A stretch of 63,714 nucleotides of DNA, the filler included, from Reticulomyxa filosa (lineage: Eukaryota > Protista > Foraminifera), in NCBI GenBank assembly GCA_000512085.1. It is 25 parts of 25 records of this genome, joined end to end, with 100 filler letters (N's around TTAATTAATTAA, not from the genome) between each part and the next. Parts side by side here need not be neighbours in the genome. Positions count along the whole stretch, not along the records: positions 54,030 to 58,834 come from ASPP01020405.1; positions 58,935 to 60,266 come from ASPP01044580.1; positions 60,367 to 62,562 come from ASPP01026422.1; positions 62,663 to 63,714 come from ASPP01026276.1; 21 more parts are not named here. One strand, 5' to 3'. The first letter of the stretch is position 1. Each line of letters starts with the position of its first letter. The translations under genes were made by a program, and so were the position numbers. Positions 53,930 through 63,714 of this stretch are shown piece after piece. The notes below the pieces were generated by a model. It did no database searches, was not told the DNA's origin, and saw only the letters and a list, made by a program, of their open reading frames with translations.

Positions 53930-54029
53930 NNNNNNNNNNNNNNNNNNNNNNNNNNNNNNNNNNNNNNNNNNNNTTAATTAATTAANNNNNNNNNNNNNNN
54001 NNNNNNNNNNNNNNNNNNNNNNNNNNNNN

Positions 54030-54069
<40 letters not shown>

Positions 54070-54229
54070 AACTCGAGTTGTGAGTCAATTTGCATATGTA
54101 AATTGTTATTGTCGATAGTGGTTTCTATTATGTTTGTGGGAGAGAAATGTACTGTCAAACAATGGGAAAGAAAAGTAAAGCAAAGCAAGGCAAAGAAAAG
54201 AAAAGAAAAGAAAGCCAAACGCGTGTAAA

Positions 54230-55310
54230 AAGTAGGAGTGAAAGGAATAGTTGATGTTGATGAGGATTGGCGTTTCAAAGTGGTGTCTAATGGCTTGATC
54301 GGACTGTCATCGTTATCGTTATGATGTGATTGCTGTTTTACTTTCTCTTCTTCCTCCTCTCTTTCTTCGTCTTCTTCTTCTTCTTCTTCTTCTTCTTCCT
54401 CCTCCTCCTCTTCTTCTTCTTCGTCTTCAGCTTCTTTATCTTCTGTTCGACGATATATCTTCCGTCGATGTTGCACCGCGTCTGGCGTCTTGCTTTTGAT
54501 TTTGTTCCCACTACCCCTCCACGTAAGACACACACACATTACATATATATATGTGTGTATATAAAGCGACTCTGAAGTGAAGTGGATTGACCTTGGAGTG
54601 TCATTTTTCCATTGGTTCATTTTTTTAATAAAAAAAAAAAAAAAAGATATTTTGAGAAACTTGTCTTTGTTATTTTTCTTATCAGTGGAAAGAGGACGCG
54701 ACGTTTCAGTTGGGTTCTATGAGAATATAAGCACATAAAGTATACCAGTGAGCAGAACAAACAAACAAATACATATATACATTGACATGGCCATTTTGTT
54801 TATGAGACGTCGTAGACGGGTTCAACGTGTTTCCATGTTTAAACAGAGATGGATGCTGCGTGTGGGCGTGAGCACGGGAGTAGGAGGTGTCCCAAGGTTG
54901 TAATGGTTTTGTCGGCGGCGTGAACACTACTTGTCTTTTGATTTCTCTGCTGTGATTGGGTTGTGTCGAGCCACTTTTTTTTTGCTGTTGACTCTTCACG
55001 GTGCGCTTTTGGACGGGGAGGTCTTTGCTCGTGCGGTTTTTATCCGCTTTTGCTAATGTCATTTGCGACTGTTTCTTCTCCGCTTTGGGGCTCACTACTG
55101 GTGTAATCCTCCCCGATTTCACGTGCACTTTGTCCTCTCCGATGACACCGACACTGTTGCTGCCAACATTACTCTTTCCATTTAACGAGCGGCCCATCGA
55201 GTCGCCTATCACTGTTGCTTTGAGCCCGTCTTTCTTCATTTTTTTCGGTGAGGACACGGCACGATCAAATTGAGATTCTTTGGATGCTGGTGTTGTCCAA
55301 TTGTTTCTTC

Positions 55311-55341
<31 letters not shown>

Positions 55342-56162
55342 GTATATGTATGTACATGTATATGTGTTGTATATACGTATGCCGCATTTTTATGACATTA
55401 TTAAATTTTTTTTTTAAGAAAAACACATTAGATTTACTGGAGTGATGACACATTATTGGCAATAACAACGTCTCCGTACGAACTCAGTCCCGTGTCATGT
55501 GATTGCGAAAAGCGTCGATTGGCCTTTTCGTCGTTATTTTCCAGCCGATTGAACACTGCCGAATGATTGGAAGGCGACTTGACGGGAGGATTCTCGTCCA
55601 GCTCAACACTCTCGCCGCTGTGATACTTTGTTGTCTTCGGTGTCTCACTACCTTGACGATGTGAGCGGCTGTCTCTTCGAAAATACTTGGCTTCGATCAC
55701 ACTTACCGCGTCGTCTTTATTCAGTTCGTTTATGCTTGTGCTCATCTCTTCGCTTTGCTGTTGCAGTTGTTGTTGCAGCTGCTGTTGTTCAATTGTGTTC
55801 TTCTTTCGTCCCAATACGGCCTTCGGACTTTTATTGTTACCATTGCCATTATTATTACTGCCATTTGTATTGCTATTCATATTATTGCTACCGTTGCTAT
55901 TGTTATTGCTGTTATTATTATTATTATTATTATTATTGTTATTGTTGTTGCTGTTATTATTGTTGCTGCTGTTGTTACTGGAACCGCCGCTTCCACTCGT
56001 AGACTGCTTGGGGGCTATTGCTAGTACCCCTTGCTTGGGTGTTGGGCTTTTCAACTGCCGTCTTTGAGATTGATGAAACACTTGGCCTTTGCCACTGGCA
56101 AGGTCGGAACCTGGAAGGTACGGCTCAAACGATTTGTAGGATTCTATTTCCAATGCCATGGA
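54230..56162 (-). CDS. Low-complexity hypothetical protein (poly-N, poly-Q, poly-E), multi-exon, partial
   Basis: ORFs 55434-56171, 54706-55257 and 53982-54620 on the same strand, separated by (TA)n introns. Confidence 0.55.
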
Positions 56163-56751
56163 GATTCTCACAATTTACGTTGCTAGATTATCAATTTTTA
56201 TTCACTCCAATTCTTGCCTTGTCTTTCAAGACAATCGTTTGTTATTATTATCTTTTTTTTGTATATTATTTCTTTCTCCTTCCTAACCCAACACGTTCTT
56301 TTGTTTTAACTGAAAGTTGTGCTAAACTCGAAAGAAAATCTATTTTGTGTTGGAACCAAAAAATAGAACGAGGAGATTGTAATACTTATTCTAAGCTAAA
56401 ATGTTTTTATATTGCTTTTAAACTATTTGCATTAGGCACACTGTTTGAATTAATCATGGACTAACTTTTTGGTGTAAATTCAATTTATTTATTTCCAATG
56501 GAACGAAGCATTATTATCAAAGACGGACAACATTTTATTGAGTGTTTTAGTAGAGACAATTGAGTATTGAAAAGGTTATTATTTGCCAGCAAAAACAAAT
56601 CAACCGAATAAAAAAATCACCAATGTTGAGCCGCTATTGGTATATTGGATTAAGAAAGACAACCCACCTTTGCTCGCAATGAGAATTAAAGCGAGAGAAG
56701 AGAAGGTGCGGGGGAAAAAAAGGAAAATGGTTGAGAGTAGGTAAAAAGGAT

Positions 56752-58662
56752 TTACGAGGGCTTTCGAATGGCAGCTTCAACCTCATCAACATTGGGAACT
56801 CTAGAAACATCAGGTCCTAATGCCAACAAAGTAGGTTTGGACTGCAAGAGCTTTTTAGCAACTCTCACTACATCCTCTTTAGTGACGGCCATGATTACCT
56901 CTTTCCATTGTTGAGGTGGGCGATGTTTGCCATACACGTGGACTTGTCTGGCTAAGTCTTCAAACACCACATGTCTGTTTTCGAATTCGAAGCAAATGTT
57001 TGAGGCCAGCGTGCGTTTGGCACGTTCCAATTCATCACTTTTAGGCGGTCGTGCGACCATATCTAATGCCTCTCTTACCATCACCGCTATTGGGTATTGT
57101 CATTGTTTTTTTTTTTTATTTTTTAAGTGTAATTCTATTGACATTTATTGATAAACCCAATTCCAATGTATACACACACACACACATGCACAAACCTGTT
57201 AAATCTCCAGCATGTTCGGGGTCGGTGTGGCCATAAAAGCCGAAAATTCCAGTGTCATCGAATATTGAATGAGAACAAGAAATGTGATTAATCCAACTGT
57301 GAACTCCTAAGACATCTCGATATAATCGGGTGTACATTCCTTTTCCGGGCCCACCCGCACTGAAACTACCACCGCCGCCCATCAACATATTCAACACACA
57401 CAACGCCATTAAATCTGGACTGTGCCAGTTTTCTATGAGCACATGCGCATGTAGCAAACAAGCAAACATATGTCTTGACACCAATACAAGAATCTATAAA
57501 TATATGCATATATGCAAATGTATATATTTATATTGATATAAAAATATTACCTGTTTCAAAACACAGCGCTAAATGTGTGTCGTGATCTTCAGCACCAAAA
57601 TCATATTTAAATTTCATCTGGCCACCAGTGTATCTGGCTTTTTCACTTTCGAAGCTACCAAATTGTGGGTCCGACCGGATATCTCCAAATATTTGTGCGG
57701 CCAAGCGCTCAAATTCGGAGTGATTCACCCCAGTGCCGACCACAACCAATCGATTGGGTTGATAAAAGACTTTGATGTATTCATTGATCAACTCACCCGT
57801 CATTTTTTTAATCGAATTGTGGTCACAAAACAATGGCAATCCAATAGTATTGCCTTGATAGCTTGCTTGATGCATATACTCTGGGATCTCGTGTTCTGCC
57901 GATTTCATCACGTCTCCGCGACGCCACAGATATTCTTTGTGTAATTGTTTCATCAGCCATGGTTCCTATGATCCAGAATATTCGTTGTTTTTAAAAAAAA
58001 AAAAAAATAAGGAGAGGAGGAAAAAAAAAAAAGGGTTAAAATTATATGTGCATATACATACATATATATATATATATATTATTTATTATCATTTTTGTTC
58101 CAATCACTCATTGTCTATTTTTATGCAATCATTAACTGTTCGGGCGTTCCAAATCAGCTCAGCTACTGACTCCAAAGCGAAATCGACATGTTTCTTGAAC
58201 GTGTCGCATTGATACAAAATACAGTCACGGAATGCTTGAACGGACACTGCTCATCGAGGTTTCAATGTCAAAAGTCAGAGATTCAGATGTCATGTGTTGT
58301 TTATTTATTTTTTTTTTTTTTTAAAAAAAAAAGAAGGTATTTAATTACAAATTTATGTGATATGTGATGAGGGACAAATAACAAATGGAGAAAAAAAATT
58401 ATTAAAAACATCTTACATATACACCACACAAACAGCACTTAACGAGAGGTTCCTGTTCTGGCCAAATTTTCTTGGAATCGAACAGGATGTATTTGATTTG
58501 TGCCCTATATACCATTTGATGGACAACTTTTCCATTTGTTTTTTATTATTGATTTTTTTTTTTTTTAATTAAAAAGCAAACTTCTGTGGCAAGAGTTTCC
58601 AGGAAATGGCCAATACCGGAATAATCCGGACTGCAGTATCGACTACCAGCATTGACAAATAA
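56752..58662 (-). CDS. PMPCA: Mitochondrial processing peptidase alpha subunit (M16B), multi-exon, 5' partial
   Basis: LFVNAGSRY...GIGHFLETLA (degenerate HxxEH), glycine-rich loop LMGGGGSFSAGGPGKGMYTRLY, and ELERAK...FEDLARQ. Confidence 0.93.
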
Positions 58663-59208
58663 CTTTTCATTTTTTTTTTTTTTAAAATTATCAAATTAAA
58701 AAAAAAAAACAATGTCAGTTCAAATTTGCACATAAGCTAAAAAAAAAAAAAAAAAATTCCCCCTCCTATGCTATTCGTTGGTATACGTGTGTAAAAAAAA
58801 ATCCATCAAAAATGACCCCCCCCCCAGTCATTCANNNNNNNNNNNNNNNNNNNNNNNNNNNNNNNNNNNNNNNNNNNNTTAATTAATTAANNNNNNNNNN
58901 NNNNNNNNNNNNNNNNNNNNNNNNNNNNNNNNNNCCAAAAAAATGGAGGCTTGATTGTTGTGACACCAATTTGTACCATTTGTTCTGCATCAAATCCTTT
59001 TTTGTGCATCTTCATTTTAATTTTATCATTCATAATCTCTTTTCTTGTCTCCGTTAATGCAATAATTTTTTTTCCTAAAAATTTTTTTATGGTTCATTTT
59101 GTATGCATTAGCTGTGGTTTTAGCATTAAACAAACAACAAAAAAAAACAAACATACTCGAATAAACAAATTAAATAGATTGTCGTAGGAGAAAGCCACAG
59201 AAAAGGCG

Positions 59209-60266
59209 AATGGAATCCACAGACGACACATTGATGCCGCATAAGCGACAAAAGGTTTATCTTCTTTCCAATTAATTATTAATTTATTTCAATGATATAT
59301 ACATATATTATAATAATACAATTGATATTTTAAAATGAATTAATGTGATGGATATAGGCGAATAATGGACAGGATGGCCACCACCAACACGAAGTAGGAG
59401 GACAAGCACAACAAGCCCCACAAGAGAATATCCAACAAGTCAATCCAATTCAACAGAATCAACAAGAGGTACCAAATGTCCATGAAGAGCCAGCACAAGA
59501 GCAACAATCGTCACTCGAAATGCAAGAACAAGTACAAACAGAACAATCACAAGTACCTCAAGCAGCAGCACAAGTGCAAGGCCAAGTATTGTTGGAAGTG
59601 CAGGAAGATTCGGAGCTGAAACAAGATAGAGGCCAAGTGCAAACAGAACAGAGTCTCCAGAGCGAACAATCACAAGGCCAACAGCGACGAGCTGCAACTA
59701 AAAGGGCTCTTCGAGAAATAAACGGAGATGGTGATGGCCATAATCTAGAAAATGGTCCAGCACCAAAACGATCAAGAGTTATTTTCTATCTTTTTTTTTT
59801 AGAATACACACATGCACACGCATACCTAATGGATATCAATATTATTAAAAATAAAAATAGATAAGTCAAGTTTGTTCAAACTTGCAAACGTGTATTGGTG
59901 ATATTGTTGTCACGCTGGGTAGCTATTGGGAGAAGATGATTATCTGCATTAAGAGAAAAGTTTTGTGACATTTGTCATTGTAATGATAATTGTCATCTCA
60001 ATATTAATATAATCGATGTTTGCACACAAACATATGCAAATAGATGAGTTCCGACGGACATCCACAGCAAAGCCAGCAACAGGGTGAAGATGAACAACGG
60101 CAACACGAAGAACAGACTCAACCAGAACAACGACAGCAACCCGAAGAACATCAACAGCCTGAAGAACACCAGCAACTCGAACAAAAGCAGCATGAACAAA
60201 AGCAACATGAACAAAAGCAACTTGAACACCAGCAACTCGAACAAAAGCAACTTGAACAAAAGCAAC
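59209..60266 (+). CDS. Gln/Glu-rich repetitive protein, multi-exon (partial)
   Basis: Q-rich exons at about 59360-59780 and 60044-60266, ending in EQKQ(L/H)-type repeats. Confidence 0.5.
60120..60266 (+). repeat. Coding minisatellite with 15-18-nt units (e.g. GAACAAAAGCAACTT)
   Basis: Tandem EQKQH/EQKQL/EHQQL units run to the contig end. Confidence 0.85.
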
Positions 60267-61699
60267 NNNNNNNNNNNNNNNNNNNNNNNNNNNNNNNNNN
60301 NNNNNNNNNNTTAATTAATTAANNNNNNNNNNNNNNNNNNNNNNNNNNNNNNNNNNNNNNNNNNNNATGGAAGATACAAATACGATTGGAACAAGACAAA
60401 TATAACCCAGCTGTGCAATGCTTGAATGAAGAAGATGTTCAATTGTTTTTTAAAACGGTACCTCCAGGTGAAGATTGTTTGAGAGTGAAGTGAAAATATA
60501 TTGAATGCAATGACATTAGGAAAGGAATTAATTGTCATTGATTTATTTTTATTGAGCCAATGATATATTTGGAATTATTTCATTTCAAAATTTTATTAGT
60601 TTGTATATTTGACAAACTATTTGAGAATGTTTACTTTAAAAAGGGAACTTCATTCATTGTATCAAATGTTAAGATTCATTTTTTTTTTGAAATGAGATTT
60701 ATTGATTCCAAAATAAATCAAACCAAATGTGTATTCCTTTTTTGAAAGTAAATCTAACCTCCACGTCTGGATGTGATCCAATTCATGTTTAGTATAAAAA
60801 TATTAAACGTGTTTGAATTATTTTTAATCGTTGTGAAATATGTGAAAATCAACGATAGAGATTTGAGTAGCACAAAAGCCTTTTTTATCATTTAAAAAGA
60901 AAGAATTTTAAAAATAGCAGGAATGGTGTTCAATAAAGATATTCTATATCTTGTTTGTTCATTCTACAAGCTTATTGTTGTTTTTGCTATTGAGAAATAT
61001 ATAACAAATATCGTTTTTCAAAGCGAGTATTTATAATAATTATGATATTTGTAATATTTATTTTCCAAGATAATTACATCTATTTTTTGCAATTGTCAGC
61101 AATAAGGAAATGATATTATGTTTCAAAATATTTTATAATATTCATTAATAATATTTTTGATCCAAAAAATACACTTGAAATGTATTTCTGTGAGTAAAAT
61201 CAAGAAAATTCTTTGTTTAAAAAAAGCAAATTGGTGATCTCATAACGTTACATGAGATATTCTTTTTTTGTAATCTATTACATTTGTGAAGAGCAATAAT
61301 ATAACCAATGCGAAATTCATACAATTTCTTCTGATTTTTTATTACTATCACTTGAAACTTTTCTTAAAAATTCATTTTTAATCTTGATTTAGACTTATTT
61401 GTATTTTTTTTTAAGCAAAATAGTTTTTAATATATCTTGTTTTGCTTTTGGAAAAAGGATACAAAATAATAAGTACATCTCAAGAACATATTATAATAAA
61501 TAATTAAAATTCGATGTCTCAGAGACTTCTTTATAGTATTGAAAACTCTCTGCACTTTCAAAATAGCCTTGTCAACTATAATCACATAGTCAATATTTTG
61601 ATCTTATAATGATTTTATTTTTAAAAAGATAGTCTTACCTCTTTTCAAAAAATCTAACATTAAAAACATGAGCAATCAAGCCTTTCAAACTTTGAAGGA

Positions 61700-62290
61700 G
61701 TTGCTCACTCCATTTTGTTTATCTTAACCTGTGTTACGCAAATACGAACTCATTATTTGTGGAGATTATGAACAAAGAGTTTGTTATTCTTACCATACAC
61801 TCAAAACGAATACAAATTTATCTGTGAATATCCAAGTCATGTTACATTATGTAAGTACTGTGTAGTAAAACTTGTAGATAATGACAACAAACACAGCTAT
61901 CAAATCACTTTATTATCTTTTGGGTTATCCTTGGAAGAAATACTGATAATATTGGGGAGTGCGTGCAGTGATTGGTGGAATTAACACGAAGACAACAATA
62001 TCTTCAATTTCCATGAGCTATTTATTGGGTATACAATTGCAGACTTATTTCAATATGCTTATGTGTGTATCAATGATGCCATCCAGATGGAATGTCAAGT
62101 GTTTATGTGAGACTGTTGTTTCGAAATTAGTGCACAAATGTTCAATCCGAGAAAATAAATGGATGATATTTCAAAGTACTTTTCCCAGTCCATTAGATAG
62201 CTGTGTTGCAATATTGAATGAAGACAACGTACGTGCATATCATTGGAGGATAGAATAACAAACGCACATGAAAACGAAAAGAGTGAATGT
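61700..62290 (+). pseudogene. Kelch-like pseudogene (paralog of 4330-4940)
   Basis: YKFICEYPSHVTL..CVVKLVDN...ITLLSFG, RAVIGG and VHKCSIRENKWMIFQSTFPSPL.SCVAILNEDN, with stops, frameshifts and deletions. Confidence 0.75.
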
Positions 62291-63643
62291 TGAGTGAAAA
62301 AGTAATAGATTGAAAATAGAAGCAGAAGAGTAGAAGAAAAATGAACTGAATAAAGCAGTAAAAACACAGAAGAACGAACAACAAAGTGAAGAGAAAAAAG
62401 TTACCGATATATATGGGCATTATTTCTTTGTGACTGTGTAAATGAAAATTCGTTGGTTTATTCTAATAAAAAAGGGCAATTAAGAAAAAAAACGAAAAAC
62501 TATAATGTGTGTCATTTTTTTAAAGGATATGACACAAAGGAAAGAGACGAACAAAAAAGAAANNNNNNNNNNNNNNNNNNNNNNNNNNNNNNNNNNNNNN
62601 NNNNNNTTAATTAATTAANNNNNNNNNNNNNNNNNNNNNNNNNNNNNNNNNNNNNNNNNNNNATAAAATCGGAGTGAAACAAAAAAAAGGAGATTGTATT
62701 TTCTTTTGAAACAAAGAAGTAAAATTGAATTGAGTGAACATGTCCAGAAAAGTAATTTCTCTAAAAAAGTGTCAGCTTCAAAAAATCTACTCCAAAAAAA
62801 CTTGACATAAAATTTAATAAAAGTTTCTTTCACTTTTTTTTACAACATGGTAAATTCAAATGGGTTTTTTTAAACGTACTTTTTGCAACTTTTTTCAAAA
62901 AAACATAACTTAAAAAAAACAAACTGGAGTAGAATATAGCACTTTTTTATTTCAGCTAACTATTACTTACTTCTCTGAACCTAAAAAGACAATCAACGTT
63001 TCAGCATAACGAGAAAAAGATTAAATATATTTCAAATGAAAACACTTGTAAGGCATTTGGAAATAAATAAAAGCAAGACGTAAGAAAAATTTTATGGACA
63101 TCACATTGAATGGATTCTTTGTTACATTATGCTGACAACGTCAATTTTTTTTTTTGCATACGTTATGTACGTACTTAATAAGATATTTAATTAAATAGTT
63201 TAATTTTTAAATTTACTAAGAGAGTTTTTTATTCTTAATTAATAAATACCTAGTACTATTCATAAATTTGGATGATTTTGCTTTCTTTTGCAAATTTTAA
63301 TTTAGAAATAATTGCAGTTAACCCTTGCATTAATGCATGGATACTAAATTGTGTTAACAAAAATTTCCTGTTTTTCGCGCTTTTTTATTGAACCGTTTAA
63401 GATGCTGAAAGTAAAAATAACACGACAGAAATTTGTTCAAAATATATAGTTTTATCACCAAAGAAAGAAGACTGAAATGATGAAATTTGATGATTATTTG
63501 CACGCAACGTTCAAGATAATCTGAAGTTGTTCTATTTTTCCAGAAATGATTTTGTGATGTAAAGTTAGAATTTTTATCTTCCATTGTATGTAAGTGTCAA
63601 TTTCACATACATTTATACATTCGCGACTTTGTTTTCTCATATA

Positions 63644-63714
63644 TACAGTAGGTTGCAAAAAAAACTGAACCCGAAAATGCCATCTTATGAAGATGATAGA
63701 TTTTCTTAATGAAA
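63644..63714 (+). mobile_element. Tc1/mariner-like terminal repeat, second copy (runs off the window)
   Basis: TACAGTAGGTTGCAAAAAAAACTGAAC...TTATGAAGATGATAGATTTTCTTAATGAAA matches 27206-27275. Confidence 0.7.

Overview
This is not one locus. It is about 25 short assembly contigs (roughly 1-10 kb each) joined by an artificial 100-nt linker (N-run + TTAATTAATTAA + N-run), so adjacency across a linker carries no biological meaning. Nearly all contigs are AT-rich eukaryotic DNA with short GT-AG introns full of poly-A/T and (TA)n, and with low-complexity coding tracts. The lineage-specific WD40 and kelch-like families and a divergent alpha2-type tubulin fragment point to a foraminiferan, probably Reticulomyxa filosa (inference from recalled family signatures). 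Recognisable genes or fragments: RNF213-like giant protein, Pumilio, DysF-domain protein, G-alpha, WD40 x3, SGNH hydrolase, RRM protein, RUN + Rubicon-homology protein, NKAP, TFB5/GTF2H5, TMEM198-like protein, Cys/His-rich + vWA protein, RGS tail, SAM + EH-like protein, ABCA N-terminus, USP9X/24/34-like deubiquitinase and MPP-alpha. Mobile or degenerate DNA: an internally deleted RNase H-bearing LINE with a second partial copy, a Tc1/mariner-like terminal repeat on two contigs, several pseudogenes, and an orphan intronless AT-rich frame with in-frame TAAs. One GC-rich contig (27515-28597) is bacterial: EamA, FdtA/QdtA-like cupin and DegT aminotransferase. I cannot support a coherent new multi-gene system. 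The best leads are the apparently RING-less RNF213-like protein, the orphan frame at 7270-8780, microhomology-bounded deletions in the LINE copies, and the Tc1-like element.
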